From positions 1 to 64,000 of the forward strand of contig JAXLNO010002359.1 in NCBI GenBank assembly GCA_038087875.1: 64,000 nt of DNA, given 5' to 3'. Below are positions 35,001 through 46,130 of the stretch, one piece after another. Each line of letters opens with the position of its first letter. The first letter of the stretch is position 1. The translations under genes were made by a program, and so were the position numbers. The stretch comes from Malacoraja senta. Taxonomy: Eukaryota. The notes beneath the pieces are model-generated. The model was not told where the DNA came from. It ran no database searches and saw only the letters and a program-made list of their open reading frames with translations.

Positions 35001-38000
35001 CCTGTAGGAAAAGAGAACAAATGTGTAAATGTTGGACAATAATTTTTCACTGACCTTGTCATTAGCAATATTGCAGAGAATTAATCTTTACTAAGTTGTA
35101 CGTTATAATTCATCATCATGGAACAGCATGGAAACAGGCCCTCTGCAGCAATCTGTCCACGCTGACCAGTGGGTCTCCATGGAGACACAAGAAACTGCAG
35201 ATTGTGGAATGTTGATCAAACGCAAAGAGTTGGAGAAACTCAATGGGTCAGGCAGCATCTGTGGAGGGAATGGATTGATGACGTTTCATGTCAGGATGCA
35301 TTCTCAGACTGATGGAATGGGAGAGTGACAACTGGGGAAGGGAAGTAGGCATGAGGCAAAGCATGGTGAGTGATAGGTGGATATAGGTGGGGAATGGTGA
35401 TGAGTAGCTGGATGGAGATAATGACAAAATGGAGGGGTGAAATGGAGACAAAAGGTTGTCAGTATAAACATGTGTAATAACAGGATCCATACATAAGAAG
35501 AAGTTGTTTGTTATAGTAAACACACAGAGCTCAAATACTTAGGTGTTGTAAGCTCAAGCTCAGCAACGAATCTAACTAGATGCTGGAATAACAGACTCGA
35601 TAATATGATGGATGTTTGAGTACACAGCGGCATGCAGTAAAACATAACATAGGTCAACTGATACGGACTGATCTACAGTCACATCAGTAACAGAGGGAGG
35701 GATATGGGTGGAAGTGGTGCAAGAACATAAAAGGAAAACTCTGCAATTGGAAGGGGTGGGAAATGAGTTGAAAGAGGAAGGGAAGAGAATAGGATAACTA
35801 GGTAGTGGGATAAATGCGTGCACAATGAAGGGGGGCGGGGGGAAGTGGGGTTCGGGAAGTGTTATTTGAAATTTGAGAATCCATTGATCATAACAGAGTT
35901 AGACCACTCAAACTGGAAGAAAATATTCCACTCAAATTTCAGGATCAATAAGCGACATCAAAACTTAATCTTGACTCTAAGTATGAAGAACAAACCCTTG
36001 TCACTTACCACGGGGCTCCTGATATTACGGGACAAAAAGCCGGGGCAGGTCTTGTTGAAACAAACCACATCTCCAGTTCCCTCTCCCTCTCTCAGCTTTC
36101 TGAATTACCAGACTCAGTGATTTCTCTTCCACAGTCAGTGTCTTTTCTCCAACACTTTTGCCATCGCCATTGATCCAAACCAGTCTCATTGACCCAATGA
36201 CGTGAGACAGAGAGCAGGTCAGGGTAACGGTGTCTCCCTCAGTCACTGCATCAGACGGTTCAGCTGTGACTGTGGAAACAAGCAGGTTGTTTACATTTTA
36301 AACAATAAGTTCATCAGTAAACTCAGTGGCAACATTCTGTCTCCTACCTTTCACTGTAATTAGATCAATGGCGAAAAAAGGATTTGATTCCAGATAACAT
36401 GTGTAAACTCCGGCATCTTGAAACAAAACGGGGACAATCCTCACACTGAAATCCTTGCCATCGAAGGGTTTCCCTGAGGTCACCAGTCGATTCCCGAAGT
36501 CGGTCCCATTGACATTGATGGGCTGAGAACGTCTTGCAGATGCTATTACTTTCTGCTGTTGAAGGTGAAGAGGTGTCCAGAACCACTGAGCACTGAAATA
36601 GCCATCACCATAACTATTATCGCAAACCAGGTGAAGTTCACTGTGACCTGTGCTGGAGCGGTAAAGTGTGTATGTCCCATTATATAAATCTGTATCAGAG
36701 AGACAGAGGATAACTCCTTTCAGTATTACAGTTACCGTGCCATACAGAGATTCTCAACCGTCTTCTTATGAACATTCGTGGTGTTTTGTTCAGCTGATCA
36801 AGTTTCAAATGTGACATCTTTCATGAATGCCGCACTAAACTCATCAGATGTTTATAAAATACAATGTCCTGTACGGCAGTAAATTGCAGTGAAGTTTGGA
36901 TATTCCACTCTACATTTCAACATTAGGTTCGCCCCCACACCCGGACTGTCCGGGAATCTCCCGGGATGGAATGAAACCTCCCGGAGACTCCCGAGAGCGA
37001 TCTGGGAGGTGAATGTCTCTGTCAGTCTGTCTGCAGGAGGTGGTGCTGGTTCAGGCTGCGGACAGAAGCAGCCCAGAGGATGCCTGCGCGGGGACTGACC
37101 CGGACAGGTTGGCATTTCAAGTGGGTCGGGTCTTCCCGTCCCTTCATTCCCATTATTCCCACCATCCCTCTCCCATTCACACCCACTGATTCCCTGTCCT
37201 TCCCTGTTCCCGGGTCCTGCTCCCAGCTGAATGCTGATCCGAAGCCCGAGTCTGCAGCAGCTGGAATCACTTCAAGCAACACCAGACTCGGAGAGAAGGG
37301 TCAGTGAGGGGAGAGGGGATGGATTGTTGTTCAGTGCTGGTGTGTGAGCCGGGACCCCCAGTGTGAGTGTGAGCAGCAAGTGCTGGTGGTTGTCATGGTG
37401 ACTACACTTTCTATCTGACACTTTGAGATCAGTATCTCAGTCTCAGATACTGGAGCATTGATGGCAAGATAAACTGACAAAATACTTTACTGAAGAATGG
37501 TTACAGAAAGACGTCCCCCTCCTGTGCTGTGTATCTGTCACACAGAGACAAGCAGGCAGCTGCTCCACAGAGAGACTTTCTGTAAACTTCTCCCTGATCA
37601 TTGCAGCATTTTATACTGGAGAGCAGTTGGTCACTGCCACAGTTCTTCACAGGGCGCACACATAATATTACAAGAAGCACCGTGATACAAGTGTCTACTT
37701 GATATCCAATGGGAGGTGTTTACACTCACTGTTGTTCATAGTAAAATCTCCGTTACTTGTGTGAACAATGTTTCCGTTTTCCTGCACATCACACACATAC
37801 AGCTTCCCATCCTCCACTATAACGTGTTGAACCATCAGATAGACCGTGTTATCCAGGCGGATCTGATCATTGTTGCTCCTGTTCTGCTGGGATGAGTCCA
37901 TGAGTCTCCAGTGAAGACAGACTGTATCTGAGAGTCTGGAGATGGTGCAGCTGAGTGTGATGTCACTGCCCAGCAGAATGATCCGTGGACTTGCCTCAAC

Positions 38001-41000
38001 TGTGAAAAACTGTGAGTAGTGGTTTGTACAAGTCCAATGATTGGGCTCAATCTCACCTCAACTAGAAACCTAGATCCGCCCCTCATTCTTCTAAACTCCA
38101 GCTAGTCCAAGCCCAGAGCCACAAACACTCATCATCCCCTGGGGCATTTTCATAAACGTTAGTTTTATGTTGCATTACTTCAGACTGCAGTGCAATCTCT
38201 GCACCATTCTGCAGTTTTGCTTTTGTTGCATTTTTTAATGTACCTTTTATTATAATTTACTTTATCTGAACAATGAATGTGTTTTACCCAAATGTATATG
38301 ACAATGAACTAATATGAATCTAAATCTGAATTTGATATTGTCCAGACTACACAGACATAGTGTTATTGTTCCTCACTTTGGCAGTGTTCACACATTTTGT
38401 GTACATAACACTCTTGACACTCATGCTGCATCCTGAGATTATACCAATTCAAGTGTTTCAGAGCTTTGTACATTAGATTTAGCTCGGCGGGGACTGGTGG
38501 CAGAAGGTCCATGGACTGTAGTTCTATTCCACAATGCCTTTGCTTTGTCTGCACTGATCTTCAGTGTGTCCCTCAGCATGTACTCCTGCAGCCTAGAATA
38601 TTCTGCAATGGAGATTTCGCTGGGGAAAACATGAAGATCAAAGTAGTTGGATCCAACCTCATTCACTGTATCTCGGCAAACGTTAGAGCAATGAACAAAT
38701 CTCAATCCATTTACACCTGTGGAGAATCATCTATAGGAGGCAAAGGCCTTGTTCATCCTCTGCTAAAGCTCCCAAGCAGTTGGAATGGGTCTGATGTCAC
38801 CAACTTTTAGAAGTAAACACATTTATTAATATTGAATATTTCATTCATTTTATCATTAAAGAGTCTAATTCTACAACAACGATTAGTATTGATTCCTGAA
38901 GAGTCTCCACCCCTGCAGGCACCGGATCTGGGAGCAGTTTTCCCAGTGCCAGTGTCGGGGAATATCAGCATATTCCTGCTCCAGTCCTGGTCTCCACGTG
39001 GAGAAGTGAAGGGGAGCGCTGGCAGATTCACCACAAGAACTGTCAGCAAGTTCTGGAATTCCTCGTTGTGAAACGCATGGGTGGAAGTCCTGAAGCTGTT
39101 CATATTCACACAGGTAAATGCCGGCTGTTCACCGTGACACTGCTGGTGCAACCGGCAACACCCTGACCAGTGAATGCAAACAACGTTTAGATGTAACTGG
39201 ATTGATACGTTTGTCCATTTGTCCCTGTCATGTCTCCCCCGACCGCCCTCAAGGTGGGAACTCTCCCACCAGTGTAAGTTCCACAGATGAAGGACTTCCT
39301 CTGGGATCTCAACCAAGTGAGGCATGGACCTGGTTCACTGGGTAACATTGAGCAGCAGTGTCACTCGACAATCTCACCCCAGGCCCACAGAATCAATGAA
39401 GAAAAATCTTTCCCCCAATTGTTTCATTGGGAGATTCATCGGGTGGAAGAAGTCTCACAATTCCCGCCATATTTCATCATTACACGTGACATTATTTACA
39501 GAGAAACATACTCTTGATCCGTGTCTCGCCCACTCACCTTTGATCCCATATATTTCATATTGTTTCAGGATCTGGTTCCTCGGATGTGTTTCGGTCAAAG
39601 TGAACAATCCTGACCATTTAAATGTGGGGTTTTTTATTGCCAGATTACCAGTACGGAGATCCACAACCACCTCCTGGTTCTTGTCTCCGTTTTCCCAGCC
39701 ATGGCCCCACTGTTTGCTCCACGTGCCCCTGTCCTTGTCCGCGATGCGGAGAGTTACCACTGTCTGTTTTCCCCGCCCTGAGTGTGGTTCCCATTCCCAG
39801 ACAAGAGTGGTACTCCCAGGATTGTCCGGTCCTTTTAACACAATGTTGCCTTCATTATCCAAGAAATAAATCTGATTTCTGATTTCTGTTGGAAATAGGA
39901 AAAATGTAGGAATTAACATTTTAAGCACATTTCCTCCACTCCATGTCTGTAATTATTAATTTTGAATTTCATTTATTTCCAGAATGTTTTGATCTCCCAC
40001 AGAACCTCCAGTGAGACGGACACAGTTTGTGAATAGATGGCTGGCTGGAATAACCTGGCCTGATCCAGGGATACTTCATGACATGAGAAGAGTGAGTGGG
40101 AGAAAGACGGAGGTGGAAGGGCGTTTGTGTCGGGTCTCCAGCCGGTGTTCCCTGTGACGGGGTTTCCTGATGTGGGTGGAGATCAGGCCGATCCTATACA
40201 CACCGCATCCCCGGCCCTTGTCGGACAGACCTGGAACAGAGTAAACATGCTCCTGCCTCCCTGCCTGCTCCTCATTCCACAGTGATTTACAACATAGAAC
40301 AGTTCAGAACAGGAACAAGCCCCTCGGCCCACAAGGTCTATGTTGAGCATAATGCCACGACCAACTCTTATCTGCCTACACTCTCTATTCCCTGCATTTC
40401 CATGTGCCTATCCAAAAGTCTCTTAAATCCCATTCACACATCTCCTTCCATCATCACCAGCAGCATGTTCCAGCCACTCACCACTGTAAAATACTTGTCC
40501 TTCTCATCTCCTTCACACTTTGCCCCTCTCACCTAAAAGCCCTCCATGCCCTCTTGTATTTGATATTTCCATCCTGGGGAAAAGATTCTGACTGTCTTCA
40601 TTGACCTTGCCGCTCATAATTTGGTAGAATTCTATCAAGCCTCACTTCAATGACAAACATTCCAGAGAAAACAATCCAAGTCTATTCAACCTCTCCTTGT
40701 AGCTAATATCCAGTAACACAGGCATAATTCTTGTAAACCTTCTCAGCCCTGTCTCCAAAGCCTCTGCATCTTTTGGGGCATCCAGAACTGCATGTAATGC
40801 TTGAAATCCGGCCTAACCAGAGTCCTACAATGCTGCATCACATCCTGACTTCCTGACTCTTATACCCAATGATCCACCAAAGGCATGCCATCTGCCTTCT
40901 TTGTCACTCTATCTACCTGTATTACCATTTTCAGAGAGTTTGGGTCTTGGATCCCAAGGTCCCTCTGTACATCAATGCTGTTAAGGGCCTTGCCGTTAAT

Positions 41001-44000
41001 TGTGTATCTTCCCCTTATATTCAACCTCCCAAAGTTGATCTGTCATTTGTCCACCCATTTCTGTAGCTGGTCTATATCCCATTCATTACTTTACAACATA
41101 CTTTGATAGTTTGATAGCGTTGTTCACAGTGCAGCAATCTTGTTCACATCTGCAAATGTACTAACCAACCCATCTACATTTAAATTCATTGTATAAATCA
41201 TGACCGACAGTGGTCCTGGCAGAGATCCATATAGAACTCCACTGGTCACAGATTTCCTGCCTGAATATTGCCTTTTCCTCTGTTTTCTAGTCTGCCCATT
41301 CTGAATCCTGACAAACAATTCAATGGTAATCCCATGCTTATTAATCTTCAGCATCAGTGTATCTTGGGGGACTTTACCAAGTGCCTTACTAAAATCACTG
41401 TAGATAATGCAACGTAAAAGTCATGCCTACTGTCTTTAATCCCCTCATCTATTTTGTTCCAAATGGGAATCAATTCTATCCCAAAGAATCCTTTCCAATA
41501 GTTTCCTACCGTTGTCATGTGACTCACATTTCTTTAATGCGCTGAATTCTCTCTCTAAACAAATAAACCATTTTAACTCCCATTCCCAAACTGATCTTTC
41601 TGTCCTTGGCCTCCTCCATTGCCAGTGAGGCCACAGGCAAACTGAAGAAATCTCACTTCATATTTCTCTTGGGTATCTGACAACTTAATGGTATGAACAT
41701 TGAATTCTTGACTTTCAGGCAACAAATCCCCGAACAATCCACCCCACCTTTTTACTGACATATTTTATTTTATTTCATTTTTTTTCCTTTTCCCTTGCTC
41801 CTCTCATCCCTGGAGTTATCTGACACCTCACCTACATCCCCTAACTCCAGTTTCAGTTTCCTTCATTTATCCTTGTTTACCTTCTCCTTGTCTACCATCT
41901 TGATTGTAATGTAAGTATAAGAAGCCTTGGAACTTTCTTTACTCCAAATCGCCACAGCCATTTTGTGGCCTATTTTCTCCCTTCTAATCGCCCGCTTGAG
42001 TTCTTTCCTCCTTGCTTTATATTCCTCAATGGCCCTCTCTGCTATCATATTCTTGAACCTTGCATGTGTTTCCTTTCTATTTTTGACCAAATTTACAAAT
42101 GTATTTGGTCATCTCAGGTTCCCTTACTTTGTCAGTCTTATCTCTCCTCCTTACTGGAACTTGCCGGTCTTGAGTTTGGATCAACTGACCTTCAGACAAT
42201 TGTCAATCTCAGACTTGGAGTAACTTAATAACAACTGCTCTGAGTGTACCTTACCAAGCTCCTGCCTAATAATGGTGTCATTTGCCTTACTCAAATTAAT
42301 GTCGTGTCTCACAGAACAGACTTATCCCTATTCAAACCAATTTTAAAACTTATGGAGTTGTATTTACTGTCTCCAAAATACTCTTTCACTCAAACATCAG
42401 TCACCTGGCCAGACTCATTTCCCAACACAAGGTCCATTTTGGATTCCTTTCTCACGTTGCACTATTCACAACTATTACAAAACATCCTATTGGATATACC
42501 ATTAGTCACCCCTCAAGACATCCATTTGTGTAATCTTTCAGTAATCTGTGTCCACATCCGTTCCTCTATTTCCTGCTCACTCTTGGGGGACCTCTGATAC
42601 AATTCCGTTGAATTGCTTGCACCTTTCTTATTTTCACATTGCTCTACCCATATCACCTCAATGGACAAACCATCCAGTGTCCCCACTCTGAGTGCCAACA
42701 AGATAGTTTCCCTGATTAATAGAGCAATTCCCCCATCTTTTTCCCATAGAAACACAGAACATTGAGCTGCTAGTCATGTCCCTGTCACAACCATATTTCC
42801 ACAATGACCACAACATCATTGTCCCCAACAGCGATCTGGGCTCTAAGTTCATCTACATTGCCCACAATACTCCTTGCATTGAAATGAACATACCTCCACC
42901 CATCAGTTTCACTATATAACTTCACCTCCCTCTGTCTGTCCTTCCTTTGAGACTTACTTATCTTCATCTTCACCTTCCATTCACCCCCCTACCTTTCCAG
43001 TTTAGCCCTCTTGGTAACACTAGTGCACCTCCCTGCAAACATATTGGTCCCCTCCATTTCAGATACAAACTATCCCTCTTGTAGAGGTGACGTCTGCCCC
43101 AGAAGAGATGCCAATGGCCGAATGATCTGGATCTGAATCTCTGCCCCCTGCACCAAGTCCTGAGCCATACATTCATCTCTCCTTTCTTCCTATTCCTACC
43201 TTCACTAACACATGGCACCGGGAGGAATCTGGAGATGATGAGCCCAGCGAGCCTTGATAAAGATCTGTGTGTGTTCTCTGGCCACAGGTGAGTTTGTGGA
43301 CGGGTTGGAGAGTTGTTGATGTAGTGAGACTCATGTCAGTGGTAGAGAAACTATCAGACCTCATCCCTTTTCCTACCCATCCCATTTGTGCCAAAGTGCC
43401 CACCGCCTTCTGGCTGTTCACCTTCGTCCTTGAGAATGTCCCACAGCTGCTGGGAGACATCCTGGCCCCTGGCACCAGGGAGGCAACACACCATCCTGGA
43501 GTTTGGTTTGCTGCCACTGAATCACCAGTCTGACCCCCAAATATTCTGGGATTTGAATGGAATGGAATTGCTGGCTGGAGAAAGGGGTTGTGGTGGGACT
43601 GAAGTCAATGGCTTTGGGATTCAAAGTGTTCAGTTAGGGGGGAATTCTGCTCATGCAGTCCTGGATGTCCCACGTGTACTCTGGGAATGTGGAGACTATG
43701 GAGGGGTCGAGGGAGGTGCTAGCGAGGTCAAGCTGGTGTCCACAGTCAACTTGTGGAAGCAACGGTGAACCGTCTGCTGATGTCACCGAAGGGCAGCTTG
43801 AGGATGAGAAATAGGAGGGGTCCATGGTAGATTGTCGGAGGGTGCCCGAGGGAACTGTGCTGGAGCATGAAGTGAAGACATTGCGGGTAGTTCTTGGCCT
43901 GCGACTGGATCTATAAGTCAAGGGCAGTTCCACCCACCTGGACTGTGGTGGGGAGATGTTGGGGAGGATGGTGTGGACAACTATGTCACACTACTCACCG

Positions 44001-44302
44001 GGGGCCATTTCTGACTTTGAAAAGGACCATGTTGGTGCAGGGGAAGGGGAGGGAGGGAGCTAATGGGGGAGGCTCAGAAATGGAGCTCCAGCAAGGATGG
44101 TGTGGATTTGTGGGACGTGGAGAGGAAAGTGAGATTGACAATGGGGTGTGGGTTTACACGGACAATGATAAAGTAAAGCAAGGTGATTGTGACCGGTGAA
44201 GAGAAAGCACTTACTCTGTGTGGAAACAGTTCGAAGCAGGAAAACAAAGACACCGAACATCAAACCAGCTGGCAAACTGCTGCAGAAAAACCTGGGCCTC
44301 AT
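19990..44302 (-). CDS. Type I membrane IgSF receptor: leader, 8 Ig domains (2 x [V*-C2-V-C2]), TM, ITSM/ITIM-type tail. 14 coding exons, 960 codons if the TAA at 36025-36027 is read through; 430 aa if not.
   Basis: Hand-spliced join(44302-44215, 39885-39538, 37999-37730, 36689-36348, 36269-36009, 35001-34657, 33798-33526, 29510-29172, 28370-28101, 25418-25311, 24593-24516, 21706-21650, 20225-20182, 20049-19990) = 2883 nt. Every intron is GT-AG with matching phase. Confidence 0.85.
20182..20225 (-). CDS. Receptor cytoplasmic exon (G)SSDNTLSSNQASGT
   Basis: tttattacag|GC ... ACT|gtaagt; 44 nt, phase 1 to 0, fits both neighbours. Confidence 0.65.
21300..21430. repeat. About 29-30-bp tandem repeat (…gtttaggggaccagaacacactc…), four units
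   Basis: Directly visible. Confidence 0.7.
21650..21706 (-). CDS. Receptor cytoplasmic exon DTEEGIHYGSISFQPKASG carrying a canonical ITIM (IHYGSI)
   Basis: ttatttccacag|AT ... GGT G|gtaaaa; 57 nt, phase 1-1. Confidence 0.75.
23101..24008 (-). mobile_element. 5'-truncated L1-clade LINE (ORF2 C-terminal zf-RVT region, 3'UTR, poly(A)) with 15-bp TSD
   Basis: CTATCCACCATCTAT at 23086-23100 and 24009-24023; poly(T) from 23101; WEQEL...IQFKILHRFYYS...CDKC...HSFVFC motif. Confidence 0.88.
24516..24593 (-). CDS. Receptor cytoplasmic exon EINMTPVPEMSRVTEYMSVSRKTKQE (ITSM-type TEYMSV)
   Basis: ttattttccag|AA ... GAA G|gtaaat; 78 nt, phase 1-1. A competing internal donor TCT|gtgagt lies at 24541/24540. 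Confidence 0.7.
25311..25418 (-). CDS. Receptor transmembrane exon (K)NEPFRSTTVVIIGSLALLIVIILAVVWCQRKRKPT
   Basis: About 20-residue hydrophobic run followed by an RKRK stop-transfer; ttattttgacag| and ACA G|gtaatg; phase 1-1. Confidence 0.85.
27309..27617 (+). mobile_element. HE1-like tRNA-derived SINE
   Basis: cacggtggcacagcggtagagttgctgcc...gggctcgatcc...gggcctgtttccgcgctgtatctctaaactaaactaaa; homologous to 3916-4227. Confidence 0.8.
28101..28370 (-). CDS. Receptor Ig domain D8 (C2-type, WxC)
   Basis: VTTEPSSAVTEGRNITLTCSVS...LVWIN...RRKWTCGLF...YNLQVN; 270 nt, phase 1-1. Confidence 0.9.
29172..29510 (-). CDS. Receptor Ig domain D7 (V-type)
   Basis: ELDLMC...KWTW...FGNRL...IVPVQFADAGVYTC...IDLITVT; 339 nt, phase 1-1. 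Confidence 0.9.
29555..29948 (-). mobile_element. CR1 3' coding fragment
   Basis: DRLGIYSLKFRMRGDLIETYKIIKG remnant. Confidence 0.75.
29950..33200 (+). mobile_element. Rex1/Babar-type LINE 3' fragment split by a CR1 insertion (pieces at about 29950-30415 and 32890-33200)
   Basis: NNLKLSALKTVELIVD..., VWFGSATKHDTWRLQRIVRSAEKVIGCNLP; collinear with the intact copy at 46130-47140. Confidence 0.75.
30416..32890 (+). mobile_element. 5'-truncated CR1 LINE with a nearly intact RT (485-aa ORF 31308-32765) and (GGTTATAT)n tail
   Basis: NYRPVSLTS, YMDFSNAFDKVPH, GVPQGSVLGP and ISKYADDTK motifs; upstream frames broken by a stop and a frameshift. Confidence 0.93.
33526..33798 (-). CDS. Receptor Ig domain D6 (C2-type; F-strand Cys replaced by Trp)
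   Basis: VEADSPRPVMGSDITLSCTISRLPDTVSLHW...NLYTWEVQEN...; 273 nt, phase 1-1; paralogous to D2. Confidence 0.9.
34657..35001 (-). CDS. Receptor Ig domain D5 (cysteine-free V-like)
   Basis: GSGHYMYFFHQEGNFVLKGPDSPG...EWRPHSG...LNLRIRMP...AGLFTW...WELFGIK; 345 nt, phase 1-1; paralogous to D1. Confidence 0.88.
36009..36269 (-). CDS. Receptor Ig domain D4 (C2-type, WxC) with in-frame TAA at 36025-36027
   Basis: VTAEPSDAVTEGDTVTLTCSLS...LVWIN...GNWRCGLF...FVP*YQEPR; acceptor tgtttccacag| and donor G|gtaagt both intact; 261 nt. Confidence 0.9.
36348..36689 (-). CDS. Receptor Ig domain D3 (V-type)
   Basis: ELHLVC...QWFW...FGNRL...IVPVLFQDAGVYTC...IDLITVK; 342 nt open frame, phase 1-1. Confidence 0.9.
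37730..37999 (-). CDS. Receptor Ig domain D2 (C2-type)
   Basis: VEASPRIILLGSDITLSCTISRLSDTVCLHW...KLYVCDVQEN...; 270 nt, phase 1-1. Confidence 0.9.
39538..39885 (-). CDS. Receptor Ig domain D1 (cysteine-free V-like)
   Basis: IRNQIYFLDNEGNIVLKGPDNPG...WEWEPHSG...GNLAIKNPTFKWSGLFTL...YEIYGIK; 348 nt, phase 1-1. Confidence 0.88.
40285..43530 (-). mobile_element. Old, heavily decayed CR1-clade LINE (ORF1 esterase, endonuclease and RT remnants), with a Penelope-like fragment nested at about 41575-41830
   Basis: Fragments PGARM, HFNARSIVGNVDELRAQI, GGIALLIRE, SGVLYGSLPGP, STFAD spread across frames. Confidence 0.7.
43560..44060 (-). mobile_element. Possible decayed Penelope-like RT fragment
   Basis: Weak nucleotide resemblance to Penelope RT motifs; no clean ORF. 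Confidence 0.3.
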
Positions 44303-44314
44303 TTTGTGGATTCC
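44215..44314 (-). CDS. Receptor leader exon: MRPRFFCSSLPAGLMFGVFVFLLRTVSTQ (ATG at 44302-44300)
   Basis: Acceptor ttttgtccccacag| at 44315; basic N-region plus hydrophobic core; donor CAG A|gtaagt in phase 1, matching D1. Confidence 0.8.
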
Positions 44315-45409
44315 CTGTGGGGACAAAACATAGAATTTTAGACTGAGCCAGTTTGAGACACATATCTTCAGTGCATTTGGAGTCCACGCTGATAGCTCAC
44401 GGAAGGTGGCAGCACAAGTAGTTAGGGTAGTGAAGAAGGCGTATGGTATGCTTGCCTTCAATGCTAAGGCCATTGAATGTAAGAGTGAGGAAGTGTCTCT
44501 TTTGTTTCTAAAGATAAAACTTCAATTGCAATACTTCTGTTCTGGTGCTGCTCACTGTGGGTCAAAGGCTGGATTATAAGGACAGGAACATTGCCCCATC
44601 TCCCACACACTGTTACTGTGCTGAGGAATGAAGCAACGATATGTCAAAGTGTGGTCCATCAGGGAATGTTGCCACCTGACCCACTCCAGACTGCAGGAAC
44701 ACGTGCTGAGGGACCCACTGAAGCTTGGTGCAACCAACATACAAACTCTGTGGGGGAGGACCACAGTCTAGGGACCTTCTCCTGCTGGACATTGAGGGAT
44801 GAGTCTGGTGGGAACACCCCTCATACAAGGGAAGGGATATCACCACAGGGAGCCACATGAGTGTTAAGGGTGTTTATTGTAAAGATTAATGCTAATGCTA
44901 TTGAGTATGACACTATTGAATGTAGAGACACTGAAAGTGTCTGAAGATGTTTTTATTTTGTTTTAGATTTGTATAAAACAAGGAACTGCAGATTCTGGTT
45001 TACCGAGGAAAGACACAAAATAAGGAGTAACTCAGCAGGTCAGGCAGCATCCCAGGAGAACATGGCGAGGTGATGTTTTGGGTCAGGACCGTTTTCTTCA
45101 AAAATAGTTTTATAAATTGTTTTTATTCTGCTAAAGTTTATTTTTAAAATTTAAAGGAAATGTGGGGTTAGAAGGGCACAAGGTGTAATTATTGTGTTTT
45201 CCAAGCTCATTCAGAAGATTATATAGATCTGACAGATCCCAAGAACAATGAGGGATTCTGCGTTTCCCCATATCACATTCAGGACCTGAAGCAAAATTCA
45301 GAGCAATGGTTAAGGCTGCATTAAGAGCTTTTATGCAATTCAACCACAATGATTCGTCTATTTTGAGCTGTGGGCTGTTTTCACTTCCTGATTTTTTTCT
45401 CAACTAAGG

Positions 45410-46130
45410 GGAGTGGGAGGCAACCGTGGCTGACAAGTGAAGTTAGGGATAGAATAAAATTAAAGAAAAGATGTGTAACACAGCAAAGAGTAGCCGGAAG
45501 CCAGAGGATTGGGAAACTTTCATAGGACAACAGAAGGAAACAAAACGGGCAATACGGGCTGAAAAGATGAAGTACGAAGGGAAGCTGGCCAGGAATATAA
45601 AGAAGGACAGTAAAAGCTTCTTTAGATATGTTAAGGGAAAAAGAATAGCAAAGTCAAATGTGGGTCACTTGAAGGCAGACACGGGTGAAATTATTATGGG
45701 CAACAAGGAAATGGCAGAAGAGTTGAATAGGTACTTCGGATCTGTCTTCATTAAGGAAGACACAAACAATCTCCCAGGAGTATTGGAGGACAGAGGATCT
45801 AAGGGGGTAGAGGAACTGAAAGAAATTTTCATTAGGCGAGAAATAGTATTGGGTAGGCTTATGGGACTGAAGGATGATAAATCCCCTGGGCCTGATGGTC
45901 TGCATCCCAGGATCCTCAGGGAGGTGGCTCTAGAAATAGTGGACGCATTGGTGATGATTTTCCAATGTTCAATAGATTCAGGATCAGTTCCTGTGGATTG
46001 GAGGATAGCTAATTTTATCCCAATTTTCAAGAAAGGAGCGAGACAGTAAGCGGGGAATTACAGACCAGTTAGCCTGACTTCAGTGGTGGGAAAGATGCTG
46101 GAGTCAATTATTAAAGAGGTAATAATGGGG
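45410..46130 (+). mobile_element. CR1 ORF2 internal fragment
   Basis: KSPGPDGLHPRILRE...WRIANFIPIFKKG (ORF 45471-46049). Confidence 0.85.

Noticed and set aside
39990-40235. Exon-like acceptor/donor signals on both strands upstream of D1
   Set aside because: There is no coherent reading frame, and the leader exon at 44215-44314 already joins D1 in phase.
19990-44302. Calling the receptor CD4, LAG3 or a SLAMF gene
   Set aside because: It has no Lck-binding CxC/CxH motif, no LAG-3-type tail, eight rather than two to four domains, and no diagnostic synteny in the window. The symbol is left blank.
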